Shown here piece after piece: positions 36,766 to 49,927 of a stretch of 64,000 nt of DNA. Position 1 is the stretch's first letter. Every line of letters starts with the position of its first letter. The notes under the pieces are model-generated. The model worked only from the letters and a program-made list of their open reading frames with translations. It was not told where the DNA came from and made no database searches. The stretch is taken from assembly GCA_038087875.1 (NCBI GenBank), contig CM075997.1, positions 7,256,001 to 7,320,000 on the forward strand, read 5' to 3'. Source of the stretch: Malacoraja senta (taxonomy: Eukaryota). The position numbers and the translations under genes were made by a program.

Positions 36766-37216
36766 AATACTCCTGCTTTACACAGAATTTCAGCGATTCA
36801 CAAATGCACAGGATTTGAACATAGACAGCGGGTCAGGCAATAAAATTGGACTGCAGAGTGCAAATGAGTTGGTTCCAATTCCTTCTCTGTCATTCCCTTT
36901 GTCCGACCTCCACCCCAAGCATTCTTCACTCTATTTCTTTAATTAACGCGCTGCGTTTGTACATTAGTGGCAATTAGTTTGATTAACTGAAATCCCTGAT
37001 GTTTACCAGGACTTCTAGCCTTGCTCATTATGAATGTGTCCTTTGGCACTCCCACGTTTAGTATTAGATGTTTAGTTTACTTTAGTTTAGTTGAGTCTAA
37101 TTTATTGTCTCGTGTACCAAGGTAGGGTGAAAAGCTTTTGTTGCGTGCTATCCAGTCAGCGGAAAGACTACACGTGATTACAATCGAGCCGTTCACAGTG
37201 TACAGGTACACGCTAA

Positions 37217-37545
37217 AAGCCCTGTCCCACGGTACGAGTTCATTCCAAGAGTTCTCCCGAGTTTGCCCTGATTCGAACTCGGAGATTTACGGTAATGGCC
37301 ACTCGTCGGTACTCAGGGCTCTCGTGGACATTTTTCATCCTGTTGAAAAATCTTCACAAGTCTTCCTGTGCTTACCTGCCATTGGCGGGTCTTCCCGAGT
37401 ACCTGCCGTTAGCGTTACGAGCCGCTAAGAGACGTCCCCGAGCTCCGACGTACCCGCTACGTTCATTCTCCGTGCTTACCACGAGTTTGATTTTTTTAAA
37501 CTCGGGAGAGCTCTTGGAATGAACTCGTACCGTGGGACAGGGTTA
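37217..37545. mobile_element. PIF/Harbinger-type MITE, family B variant
   Basis: TIRs, TSD TAA/TAA, within a LINE 3' UTR fragment. Confidence 0.85.
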
Positions 37546-37792
37546 TAAGGGAATAACGTTTGGCCTGTATAGAGTGGATGTGGAGAGGATGTTTCCACTA
37601 GTGGGAGATTTTAAGACTAGAGGCCACAGCCTCAGAATTAAAGGACGTTCCTTTAGGAAGGAGATGAGGAGGAATTTCTTTAGTCAAAGTGTGGTGAATC
37701 TGTGTAATTCTTTGCCACAGAAGGCTGTGGAGGCCAAGTCAGTGAATATTTTTAATACAGAGATAGATAGATTCTTGATTACATAGATACAT

Positions 37793-38318
37793 AGACACAG
37801 AGACAATAGGTGCAGGAGTAGGCCATTCGGCCCTTCGAGCCAGCACCGCCATTCAATGTGATCATGGCTGATCATCCACAATTAGTACCCTGTTCCTGCC
37901 TTCTCCCCATATCCCTTGATTCCGTTAGCCCTAAGAGCCCTATCTAACTCCCTTTTGAATGCATCCAGTGATTCGGCCTCCACTGCCCTCTGAGGCAGAG
38001 AATTCCACAAATTCACAACTCTCTGTGTGAAAAAGTTTTTCCTCATCTCAGTTCTAAATGGCCTACCCCTTATTCTTAAACTGTGACCCCTGGTTCTGGA
38101 CTCCCCCAACATGGGGAACATGTTTCCTGCATCTTGTATGTCCAATCCCATAATAATTTAAAATGTTTCAATGATCCCCTCATCCTTCTAAATTCCAGTG
38201 AATACAAGCCCAGTCGCTCCATTCTTTCATCATATGACAGTCCCGCCATCCCGGGAATTAACCTGGTGAACCTACGCTGTACTCCCTCAATAGCAAGAAT
38301 GTCCTTCCTCAAATTAGG
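37793..38318 (-). mobile_element. CR1/HER1-like LINE 3' fragment
   Basis: Frameshifted ORF2 C-terminus; abuts a plus-strand fragment at 37565-37780. Confidence 0.85.
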
Positions 38319-38349
38319 ATAGATATGATATCACGAAAGGTTTTAATAG

Positions 38350-38645
38350 GGTGGTGCAGCGGTAGAGTTGCTGTCTCACTGCACCAGAGAACCTGGTTCG
38401 ATCCTGACTGCGGGTGCTGTCTGTACCGAGTTTGCACGTTCTCCCCGTGGCCGTGTAGGTTTTCTCCAGCTGCTCCAGTTTCCTCCTACTCTCCAAAGAC
38501 GTGCAAGTTTGTGGGTTGATTTGCCCTCTGTAAGTTGTCCCGAGTGAGTGTAGGATAGAACTAGTGTACGGGGGATCATTGGTTGGAATGTACTCGGTGG
38601 GCCGAAGGGCCTGTTTCCATGCTGTATCTGTAAACTAAACTAAAA
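38350..38645 (+). mobile_element. V-SINE
   Basis: Head, V-domain and tail. Confidence 0.8.
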
Positions 38646-38820
38646 TAGGCCATATGTTGTGGAGAGCATTCAAGGGACTAGTGTTAAAAAACCCATTTAG
38701 GTAATGTTCCAATAAAAACTTTTCACTGTACCCCAGTACAGGTGACAATAAACTAAACCCAAAATCAAATTAAACTCAAAAGAGTTAGATGAGTGTTTTT
38801 TTAGACGGTTGTGAGCCTTA

Positions 38821-39424
38821 ATGGTAGCATTTATTTCAAGAGCACTACAATACAATAACAGGGACATATTGCTGAGGCTCTATAAGGCACTGGCCAGGCT
38901 GCATTTGGGGTATTGTAATCAATTTTGGGACCCATATCTGAGGAAGGATGTGCTGGCTCTGGAGAGGGTCCAGAGGAGGTTTACGAGAATGATCCCAGGA
39001 ATGAGTGGGTTAACATATGATGAGCGTTTGACGGCACTGGGCCTGTACTCGCTGGAGTTCAGAAGGGGGGACCTCATTGAAACGTACCGAATAGAGAAAG
39101 GCTTGGATAGAGCGGATGTGGAGAGGATGTTTCCACTAGTGGGAGAGTCTAGGACCAGAGGTCTTATCCTCAGAATTAAAGGATGTTCTTTTAGGAAGGG
39201 AGGAGGAATTTCTTTAGTCAGAGGGTGGTGAATTAATGGGATTCATTGCCACCAAAGGCTGTGGAGGGAAAGTTAATGGATATTCTTAAGGCTGAGATAG
39301 ATAGATTCTTGATTAATAAGGGTGTCAAGGGTTATGGGGAGAAGGCAGGGATAATAGGATTAGGATAGATAGATCAGCCATGATTGAATGGCGGAGTAGA
39401 CTTGATGGGCCGCATGGCCTAATT
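38821..39424 (+). mobile_element. CR1-like LINE 3' fragment
   Basis: LYKALARLHLGYC...LERVQRRFTRMIPG plus 3' UTR. Confidence 0.85.
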
Positions 39425-39506
39425 ATGAACATGAACTTAAGAATGGTAGACAAAACTGCTGGAGAAACTCAGCGGGTGAGGCAGCATCTATGGAGCGAAG
39501 GAAATA

Positions 39507-39540
39507 GGCAACGTTTCGGGCCGAAACCCTTCTTCAGACC
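39507..39540 (-). ncRNA. Minimal hammerhead motif in a TSD-flanked Penelope stub (39446-39546)
   Basis: Reverse complement GGT CTGAAGA A GGGT-TTCG-GCCC GAAAC GTT GCC; 16-bp TSD CATGAACTTAAGAATG. Confidence 0.6.
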
Positions 39541-40724
39541 CTTCTTCATGAACTTAAGAATGCTCTTCCAGAAAGGGCATTGAAAGCAGGGACTTTGAAT
39601 ATTTTCAAGGTAGAGGTATTTACTGTAGCTGGGTCCATAATATGCCAGGATTAAAATGTCTGGTAAGGGATTGTGAAGAATGAAGAGAATTCAGTCGTAA
39701 TCTTATTAAGCATGGAGACTGCCTGAGGGATCAAGTGACCTCATCCTAATTGGTATGAAGATTAAATGAGATATTACAACTGAGATTAATTTTACATGGA
39801 GCTACAAGCTAATTAACTTTTCAAAAATAGGCTTTGGCAATCATTAGTTAAGAGCCTGCTCCATTAAGAATAAATTGTAAAATTAACCGAGGTTGATTTT
39901 GCTTTATCTAGTATCGAGTTCAGCTTCAATATTTAAGAGACTTTTGGATAGGCACATGGATATGCAAGGAAAGGATGGATATGAATTATGTGCAGGTCGA
40001 TATCAAATGGTCTTGGTTTGGCGTCATGTTCGGCACAGACATGGTGGGCCGAAAGGCCTGTTCTTGTGCAGGACTCTTCCAAGTTCCATGAGGTGAGAGG
40101 GGGAAATGGCAACGTGCAGGGCAAGTTTTTCACACAGAGGGGTGTGAGGGCTCGGAACGTATTGCCAGGGGTGGTGGTGGAGGCAGATACGATAGTGGCG
40201 TTTAAGAGGCTTTTAGATAGGCACATGGATATGCGGGGAATAGAGGGATATGGATCACGTGCAAGCAGGTGAGATCACTTTAACTCGGCACGCACATTGT
40301 GGGCCGAATGGCCTGTCCCTGTGCTGTACTGTTCTATGCTCAATGTAGAATATCTCATGGCAGAGTGGAAATGAAAGATAAGGAGCTCATGGATAATATT
40401 TATAATTCAATTAACATTTAAAAAAAAATCTGATTAATTAAAGGGGTCAGGGGTTATGGGGCAGGAGAATGAAGTTAGCAGGGAGAGATAGATCAGCCAT
40501 GATTGAATGGCGGAATAGACTTGATGGGCCGAATGGTCAGCATTACATTGTTATGTGTGGCTGTCTGTTCAGTACTTTTGGCCACATTGTGGGCTGAAGG
40601 GCCCAATTCTGTGCTGTACTGTTCTATGTTCTGTCAATATCAAAATGGAGGATGCCCAACATCCTCTTGTCCACCAAGGCCACATCAAATTTCTTGGCCT
40701 GATACGGCTGCATTACTTTAATTT

Positions 40725-41321
40725 TTAGTTCAGTTTATTGTCACTAGTACCAAGGTACAGTGAAATGCTTTCCTTGCGTGCTATCCAGTCAGTGGCAAGA
40801 CTATACATGAAACCGTCCGCAGCGTACAGATATAAGATGAAGGGAATAATGTTTAGTGCAAGATAAAGTCCAGTAAAGTTCAATTAAAGATAGTCCAAGG
40901 GTTTCTAATGAGGTAGATACTAGTTCAGCACTGCTCTCTGGTAGTGGTAGGATGGTTCAGTTGCCCAATGACAGCTGGGAAGAAACTGTCTCTGAATCTG
41001 GAGGTGTGTGTTTTCACACTTCAAGATTCAAGATTCAAGAGAGTTTATTGTCATGTGTCCCAGATTGGACAATGAAAGTTTGCCCGATGGGAGAGGGGAG
41101 AAGAGGGAGTGGCCGGGGTGAGACTGGTCCTTGATTATGCTGCTGGCCTTGCCGAGGCAGCGTGAGGTGTAGATGGAGTCAATGGAAGGGAGGTTGATTT
41201 GTGCGATGGTCTGGGCTGCGTCCACAATTCTCTGCAATTCCTCGCGGTCCTGGATGGAGCTGTTCCCAAACCGTGCTGCGATGCATCCTGATAAAGTGCT
41301 TTCTACGGCACATCTGTAGAA
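40725..41321 (-). mobile_element. Rex1/Babar-like LINE 3' fragment (second family)
   Basis: LQRIVDAAQTI...IIKDQSHPGHSLFSPLPSG; related pieces at about 6757-7120, 19410-19706 and 50087-50580. Confidence 0.7.
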
Positions 41322-41366
41322 GTGCCATCAAGTGAAAGGTCTAACTATCCGTTTCCTAACACGCAG

Positions 41367-41491
41367 ACGAAGACAATAAAAAACTGTCGGCAGAGGAGGA
41401 AGAAGCTCGGCGCATTGCGGAGATGGGGCAGCCGATTCTTGGGGAACATTCCAAGTTGGAGGTCGTCATTGAAGAATCGTACGAATTTAAG
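41367..41491 (+). CDS. SLC8A2: SLC8A exon, 125 nt, CBD2
   Basis: acgcag|AC...AAG|gtactc; encodes DEDNKKLSAEEEEARRIAEMGQPILGEHSKLEVVIEESYEFK. This frame is missing from the ORF track. Confidence 0.95.
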
Positions 41492-41523
41492 GTACTCTCT
41501 AAAAAATTCTATGAGTAATCTAT

Positions 41524-41977
41524 GATTACGAGGATGTTGCCAGCACTAAAGGGTGTGAGCTACAGGGAGAGGTTGAGCAGGCTGGGTCTCTATTCCTTGG
41601 AGCATATGAGGATGAGGGGTGATCTTATAGAGGTGTACAAAACCATGAGAGGAATAAATCAGGTAGATGCACAAACTCTCTGGCCCAGAGTGGGGGAATC
41701 GAAGACTAGAGGACATAGGTTCAAGGTGAAGAGGCAAAGATTTAATAGGGATCTTAGGGATAACTTTTCCACACAAAGGGTGGTGGGTGTATGGAGCGAG
41801 CTGCCAGAGGAGGTAGTTGAGGCTGGGACTATCCCAACATTTAAGAAACAGTTGGATAGGTACATGGATAGGACAAGTTTGGAGGGATATGGACCAAACG
41901 CTGGCAGGTGGGACATGTTGGCCAGTGTGGACAAGTTGGGCTGAAGGGCCTGTTGCCAGACTGTATCACTCTATGAT
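41524..41977 (+). mobile_element. CR1-like LINE 3' fragment, 32 bp downstream of an exon
   Basis: Open ORF2 C-terminus; its 3' end resembles the SINE tail. Confidence 0.85.
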
Positions 41978-42051
41978 TTTATGCTTCTTAATTCCCAGCA
42001 ACCTTTCAAAGACGTCAGCATTCCATGTAGTGGAGGAACTCCACGCAGCAC

Positions 42052-42476
42052 CTTTAGCTTAGTTTGGAGATACAGTGTGGAAACAGGCCCTTCGGCCCAC
42101 GGAGTCCGTGCTGACCCGTCGATCCCTGCGCACTAACACTACTCTACACACACACAGGGGACAATTTACTATTTTGCTGAAGGCAAAAGAAGGGTCTCAA
42201 CCTGAAACGTCACCTATTCCTTCGCTCCATAGAGGCTGCCTCACCCGCTGAGTTTCACCAGCATTTTTGTCTACCTTCGATTTTTCCAGCATCTGCAGTT
42301 CTTTCTTTAAACATTTTGCTGAAGGCAATTGACTTAGAAACCTGTACGTCTTTAGAATGTGGGAGGAAACCCATGCAGGTCACGGGGAGAACGTACAAAC
42401 TCCGTACAGACAGCGCCCGTAGTCAGGATCGAACCCGGATCTCTGGCGCTGTGAGGCAGCAACTCTACCGCTGCGC
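42052..42476 (-). mobile_element. V-SINE with nested Penelope stub (42187-42312)
   Basis: 16-bp TSD ATTTTGCTGAAGGCAA at 42171-42186 and 42313-42328. Confidence 0.8.
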
Positions 42477-43872
42477 TTAAAGTGAAGGAGGGAAGGATGG
42501 AACGAAGGGAAATACCTTGATGGGGAGAAATAATGTGGTGTTAAAGGGGCAGTGAGATCTTGGTGTAATGTTTTTCTAAGGGATAGACTGCAGAATGTTA
42601 TACAGTCTGTGAGGTAATATTATAGTCTGGCTTACTGTAGCATCTGCAGTCCTTTTGATGTGCATTTAATGTTGGCAATAAATTCTTTTTTTAAGGCCAT
42701 ACAACCTCTTTTGTTTCACCATTTGCAGTTCTTCATATTTCAACATAATCCTCAATCCTCCTTCAAAATGCTTCTCATGAACACAGACTCTGCCTTTTTT
42801 AATTTTTTAATTTTTTAATTATTATTATTATTTTTTTCTCTTTCTCTTTTTGGAGCCTTGCGGATGGAGAGAGGGGTATATAAGTTTTGTACTGTCCTGT
42901 GCTGTTTGTTGGTGTTCTGTGTAAATTTGTGTTTACAACTTGAAAATCACAAATATATATATATATTTTTAAATGCATCTATGTGCATTTAAGCCCGTCT
43001 GGATTGCCTGCTAGAATTGCTTTGCCAGGTAATTTAAGGGACATCACATTCCATGAGTGAAAAATTCCAAGTGAGTTCAGATTTTTGCTCACAAGTCCCT
43101 CATTTTAACCAGTTACCCTTTAAACAAGATAGACAAAAATGCTGGAGAAACTCAGCGGGTGAGGCTGCCTCACCCGCTGAGTTTCTCCAGGATTTCTTGT
43201 CTCCCTTCGATTTTTCCAGCATCTGCAGTTCTTTCTTAAACTTCAATCAAGATAAGTCGGTCTAAGGCAGCGGTAGAGTTGCGGCCTTGCAGTGTCAGAG
43301 ACCCGGGTTAGATCCTGACCACGGGCGCTGTCTGAGCAGAGTTTGTACGTTCTCCCCACGAGACCTGCGTGGGTTTTCTCCGGGATCTCCGGTTTCCTCC
43401 CACACTCCAAAGACGTAGGCTGATTGGCTTCGGTAAAATTGTAAATTGGCCCTAGTGTGTGTGTTGGATAGTGTGATTTCTGGTTGGCACGGACTCGGTG
43501 GGCTGAAGGGCCTGTTTCCGCGCTGTATCTCTAAACTAAACTGCAGTCCCTAGGGAACCACCTTTCAAAAACAGCTTCACTCCGCACTCCTGATGTTTCA
43601 CAGTGTTTATGATGATAAAGATGAACCTTCAGTGATGACATTGAAGTGTCTAAGTTCACGACACAGAACGCACAAATTGATTTGCACCTGAGGGACGCAA
43701 GTTTTAAGAAGCAGGGAGAACGTGCAAACTCCAGACAGGCAGCATCCATAGTCAGAATCGAACCCAGGTCTCTGTGAGGCAGCAACTCTACCGCTGCGCC
43801 ACTGTGCCGCCCTTTCTATGCATGTTTCTGCGCTGAGTGCAGAGTCTGGGCCAATGCAGTTTTGGTCGCCTA

Positions 43873-44200
43873 GACTCCAGAACCAGGGGCCACAGTTTAA
43901 GAATAAGGGGTGAGCCATTTAGAACGGAGACGAGGAAACACTTTTTCTCACTGAGAGTTGTGAGTCTGTGGAATTCTCCGCCTCAGAGGGCGGTGGAGGC
44001 AGGTTCTCTGGATGCTTTCAAGAGAGAGCTAGATAGGGCTCTTAAAAATAGCGGAGTCAGGGGATTTGGGGAGAAGGCAGGAACGGGGTACTGATTGGGG
44101 ATGATCAGCCATGATCACATTGAATGGCAGTGCTGGCTCCAAGGACTAAATGGCCTACTCCTGCACCAATTGTCTATTGTCGATTGTCTATTGTCTATTG
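43873..44200 (+). mobile_element. CR1/HER1-like LINE 3' fragment
   Basis: ORF2 end and (TCTATTG)n tail. Confidence 0.85.
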
Positions 44201-44355
44201 ACTCTGTTAATCCCATACACAGATATTAACTGTGTTCAGAGTGGTTCCCACTTTCCGTACTATTTCTGTTCAAAGAATCAAATCCGTCGCCATCCTCAGG
44301 CCAGTTACGAACATTTCTTTTGATGAAACACATTGGTTAGAGCTCAGTAATATGT

Positions 44356-44790
44356 GTCCAAACCCTTAATAATCTTATATGTTTCAATAAGATCCTCTCT
44401 CATCCTTCTAAACTCCAGAGTGTACAAGCCCAGCCGCTCCATTCTCTCAGAATATGACAGTCCCGCCATCCCGGGAATTAACCTTGTAAACCTACGCTGC
44501 ACTTCCTCAATAGCAAGAATGTCCTTCCTCAAATTAGGGGACCAAAACTGCACACAATACTCCAGGTGTGGTCTCACTAGGGCCCTGTACAACTGCAGAA
44601 GGACCTCTTTGCTCCTATACTCGACTCCTCTTCTTATAAAGGCCAACATGCCATTCGCTTTCTTCACTGCCTGCTGTACCTGCATGCTTACTTTCATAGA
44701 CTGATGAACAAGTACCCCCAGATCCCGTTGTACTTCCCCTTTTCCCAACTTGACACCAGTTAGATAGTAATCTGCCTTCCTGTTTTTGAT
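44356..44790 (-). mobile_element. CR1-like ORF2 internal fragment
   Basis: QRDLGVLV...LVRPHLEYCVQFWSP. Confidence 0.85.
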
Positions 44791-47587
44791 ACCAAAGTGG
44801 ATACCAAATAGGGTAGTGATCAGTGGTTGGCATGTACTCAGTGGGCCGAAGGGCCTGTTTCTGCAAACTCTCAACTCTATCTCCGAACTCTAAACCAAAT
44901 CAATACTTTCTAGCTTAGAAATGGTTTTTACCAAGTTTATTCAAGGAGTAAAAATATTTGTGATCAAGATTCATATCCTGCACTAACTTCAGAGTTAAGG
45001 AATACAATATAAGATAATAAAACATAGAAACATAGAATTAATTAATGTTTAATATATAAAATTTTACAAGTAGTTCAAATTTATCATTGTGTGTTAAAGT
45101 CAATTTAAGTATGCTGCCACTGCATATTCTGTACCCGTCTGAATAATAATTCTGCAATGGACATCATTGGTACTAATAAATTAATTTAACATATTTTAGA
45201 TTTCCCTTGTGCGTGGTCTTGTAGAAGTAATAGTTTCTGCCTGTTCCTACTCCAAGGATATAAAATGTTTCCTTGGAATTGTGTACAACTATTTAATTCT
45301 GGGGGAGGTTATCATATGTGGAGAAAGGGTTTTAAAGAAGGGTTTCGACCCGAAACGTTGCCTATTTGCTTCGCTGCATAGATGCTGCCTCACCCGCTGA
45401 GTTTCTCCAGCATTTTTGTCTACCTTTAACATATGTGGAGCATGCATTTCAGAGTTTAGTTTAGTTTAGAGATGCAGCATGGAAACAGGCCCTTCAGCCC
45501 GACGAGTCCACACCGACCATTGATCTCCCAGTCACACTAGTTTAGTTTAGTTTAGAGATACAGTGCGGAAACAGGTCCTTCGGCCAACTGAGTCCGCACC
45601 GACCAGCGATCCCCACACATTAACACTACCCTATACATACTAGGGACAGTTTTTACATCTATACCAAGCCAATTCACCTACAATTCTATGTTCTACATAA
45701 CCTACAGTTTGATGTTGTCTCACGTTCTCATCCACTCCCTACACACTAGGAGCAATTTACAGATGGGCCGATTAACCTATAACCCCGCACGTCTTTGGGA
45801 TGTGGGAGGAAACCGGAGCACCCGGAGGAAACCCACCCGGTCACAGGGGGAACATGCAAACTCCACACAGACAACACCCAAAGTCAGGATCAATGTCAGC
45901 AGTGGGTCGAGCTGCATCTGGGGGAGGAAAGGAATCGTTAATGGTTAGGGTCAAGGACGCTTGTGTCTCCAGCTCATGCCAGGACGGTACATTGCCTGGA
46001 GGGGAACCTGCAGCATGTCTTGATGGGTGAGCTTACAGGATCAGAAGGTGCCATTTAGTTTAGTTTAGTTATGTTTAGAGATACAGCACGGAAACAGGCC
46101 CTTCGGCCCACCGAGTCCGCCCCGCCCATTGATCACCCGTTCACACTAGTTTTGTTTAGCGATACAACGCAGAAACAGGCCCTTCGGCCCATCGAGTCCG
46201 CCCCGACCAGCGATCCCCACACATTAACACCATCCTACACACACTTTCTGCCGACTGGTTGGCACGCAACAAAAGCTTTTCACTGTACCTCGGTACACGT
46301 GACAATAAACTAAACTGAACTGTATGACACCATAAATTGAACTCTGCTATCCCGATAGTTGCAAACTATAACACTGATAACGTTTTTAATTAACCAGATA
46401 CATTTCTACAACTAAATGCAACCAAATCCCTTGTTCGTGCTTAACACCGTGAGCCTTTTTTTAATATCCTTTCTTCCCTAAGTCGCTCCCCTTGATGTGT
46501 CATGCCGCAAATCTTTTCCCAAATTATAATTTTCTGAAAGAAATCTAATTTCCACTTGAATGAATCAATGCCAGCAGGTTCTTCAATTTCCTTTGGAGAG
46601 AATTTACGTTTTCACTGAAACAATTTGGTTTTTAATCTCGCTTTATAGCTTGCCAACACATGTCCCAGCCAACATGTCCCAGCTTCACTGGTCCCGCCTG
46701 CCCACGTTTGGTTCATATCCCCCAAACCTGTCCTATCCACGTACCTGTAGAACTGTTTCTTAAACGTTGTGATAATCCCTGCGTCAATGACTGTACCTCC
46801 TCTGGCAGCTCGTTCCATACACCCGCTACCCTTTGTGTATGCACAGAAGTACCAGAATGTATCATGCTGCAAGGTATAAAAGTGACACGGGATACATGGC
46901 TCAAACATTCCTATTCAAAAGACTTTTCATGAAAGAAAGAATGCTATAATATTGCTTGAAGGAAGCAGTAATTAGTCATAGAGTCACAGAGTGATACAGC
47001 GTGGAAACAGGGCCTCCGGCCCAACTTGCCCGCACCGCCCAACATGTCCCAGCTACACTAGTCCCACCTGCTCACGTTTGGTCCATATCCCTCTAAACCT
47101 GCCCTATCCACAGACCTGTCTGTTTCTTAAACGTTGCGATAGTCCCTGCCTCAACTACCTCCTCTGGCAGCTCGTTCCATACACCCACCACCCTCTGTGC
47201 AAATTCTGAGAAAGGGGAGAATTTTGGACTTTTGCAAAGGAAGAGGGAATAAGGTACAAGAGTCGGAAAACCATGACCGTCAGGTTCCAAGAATCGCCTC
47301 TTCCCAGCAACCATGTGGGTTTTCTCCAGGTGCACTGGTTGCCTCCCACAGTCCAAAGACATACAGGTTTGTAGTTTAATTAGCATTTGGCAGAATTGTA
47401 AATTTGCCCTAGTGTGTAGAATAGAACTAGTGTATGGGGTGATCACTGGTTGGCATGGATTCAGTGGGCCGAAGGGCCTCTTTCCATGCTGTCTGAAGTC
47501 TAAACCATCTGGCCTTTGAATTCTATGAAAACTAACCCCCGACTGTCTTTGGTCACATAAAGGGCTTTGGGTCTTTTTCCAAAGGCC

Positions 47588-48198
47588 AATAGACAATAGG
47601 TGCAGGAGTAGGCCATTCGGCCCTTCGACCCAGCACCGCCATTCAATGTGATCATGGCTGATCATCCCCAATCAGTATCCCGTTCCTGCCCTCTCCCCAT
47701 ATCCCCTGACTCTGCTATTTTTAAGAGCCCTATCTAGCTCTCTCTTGAAAGTATCCAGAGAACCAGCCTCCACCGCCCTCGGAGTCAGAGAATTCCACAG
47801 ACTTACAACTCTCTGTGAGAAAAAGTGTTTCCTCATCTCCGTTTTAAACGTCTTACCCCTTATTCTTAAACTGTGGCCCCTGGTTCTGGACTCCCCCAAC
47901 ATCGGGAACATGTTTCCTGCCTCTAGCGTGTCCAAACCCTCAATAATCTTATATGTTTCAATAAGATTCCCTCTCATCCTTCTAAACGCCAGAGTATACA
48001 AGCCCAGCTGCTCCATTCTCTCAGCATATGACAGTCCCGCCATCCCGGGAATTAACCTTGTAAACCTACGCTGCACTCCCTCAATAGCAAGAATGTCCTT
48101 CCTCAAATTAGGGGACCAAAACTGCACACAATACTCCAGGTGTGATCTCACTAGGGCCCTGTACAACTGCAGAAGGACCTCTTCGCTCCTATACTCAA
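47588..48198 (-). mobile_element. CR1/HER1-like LINE 3' fragment
   Basis: Open frame 47672-48166 plus 3' UTR. Confidence 0.88.
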
Positions 48199-48442
48199 CA
48201 CTTCCACTAGTATTAGGGTTATTAATTTATTGATGTCTTTTTTATTACATATTATCTACGTGGATTGTGTTTACAGGCCTGTTATGGTGCTGCAAGTAAG
48301 AATTTAATTGTTCTGTTGTCCATAAATATGACAATTAAACCATCTTGCTTATTGATCTAAGATAGAGAGTCTGTAAAATTATTTATTTCAGAGGGCCACA
48401 AGTCTTTGGAACTTAAAGGGCAGTGGAAACAGAATCTGAATG

Positions 48443-48931
48443 CAGGTCTCACCACCGATTTTCCAGCAACTGGTGTTCCGGCACCTCCTTTAATCCGGAC
48501 AAAATTACGAGAGCGAGCTTGAAATACCTTCCTGGATGTCCCCCCGAAAATGTGGTGCCTAGACCGGCTAAGGCGGCCGATCTCGACCTCATCGGAACTT
48601 CCGTACCGATTGGCGGGTCAAATTTGCCCCCCTGCGGCCGGGGCTCTGGAACTCCGGCTCGTCCGGAGCAGGCAGATCCGTTCCCTTAGCCGACTTCCAC
48701 GGCCGACTTTGCGGGCCGGTATCTCGGCCTCTAGGTGGCCTAGGCGTACCGTTCCAGTACTGTTGGACTCTGACCTCTGTGGATCTGATCTGTTGTCTTC
48801 CAGCTAACTCAAATTTCACTGTACCTTAGTTGGTTAAGTGACAATAAACGCAAACTTGAACGAACTTGAAATGGATAACCCAGAAAGCCAAAACTGGAAC
48901 CAAGGGTGCTGGAAAATTGGTGGTGAACCTG
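48443..48931. mobile_element. Probable Tc1/mariner-pogo-type MITE
   Basis: Imperfect TIRs CAGGT(C)TCACCACC.ATTTTCCAGCA; flanks TG and TA. Confidence 0.55.
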
Positions 48932-49193
48932 TACTTCTAGGGTAAAGATAGATAGACACACTTAACAAGTATAGCGAAGGAACGTTACTGGTGAAGATGG
49001 GATATTTAAAACATGACAAATTCCCAGGGACTGATGGCTAACAAGCTAGGGATCTGAAGAAGGGTCCTGATCCGAAATGTCACCTATCCATTTTCACCAG
49101 AGATGCTCTCTGAAGGGCTGAGTTACAGCAGCACTTTGAGTCTATCTGGGGTTTAAAATAGGTGGTTGCAGAAACAACGGATGTTTTGCATTA

Positions 49194-49927
49194 AGGGGCT
49201 GTCCCACTGCGGCGACCTAATCTGCAAGTTTAGACGAGTTTGCCCTCAACTCAAACTCGCAGCATGGTCGACACGTGGTCCTAGGAGGTCCTACGAGGTC
49301 ACAGGAACTCTCCTTCATGCTCGAGGGAAGTTCCCACATACTCGCGGCCTCTTTGGTCGAGGAAAGTTTTTCAGCACGTTGACAATTTTTCCGCGAGTAA
49401 AAATTGGTCGGCGTGGGTCTTTTGAACTGGTAGTGCAGTGAAGTGGGGTCGCTATGTAGTTACAGGCAGTCCAGGGCAGCCGTAGGCAATCTCCTTCGCT
49501 GACCGGCCATTTTAATTGGCTCATTGGAGTTTTCAGGACCAAGGAAAACCGACCGGTAGGTTAAATGCCCGCTAAACTTTATTATAAGTTGCCTGGCTTC
49601 TTAAAAGTGTCTCCACTCCTTCTCCCCCTCCTTCTCCCCCCATTCTCCCCTCCCTTCTCACCCCCCTTCTCTCCCCTTCTCTCCCCCTCTCTCCCCTTCT
49701 CTCCCCCCCCCTCTAAAGGACTTACCGTAACTGTGCAGCCGTCTTTTACCTTCCTGTTCATCACGGGTGTGAATTTCAGACAGCGCTCGCCCGCTTTCCC
49801 CGGCCCCCGCCTATGCGATGTGTGTGTGTGCGGTCGGTCGATCCAGCTCGAGGTTTATCAGGCGAGTGCCCTCGAGCTTGAAGGTCGAAGACAGTCGCTG
49901 AAAGGTCGCGTCAGTGGGACAGGCCCT
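49194..49927. mobile_element. PIF/Harbinger-type non-autonomous element, 734 bp
   Basis: TIRs, TSD TTA/TTA; left part is family A-like; internal CT-rich tract. Confidence 0.85.
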
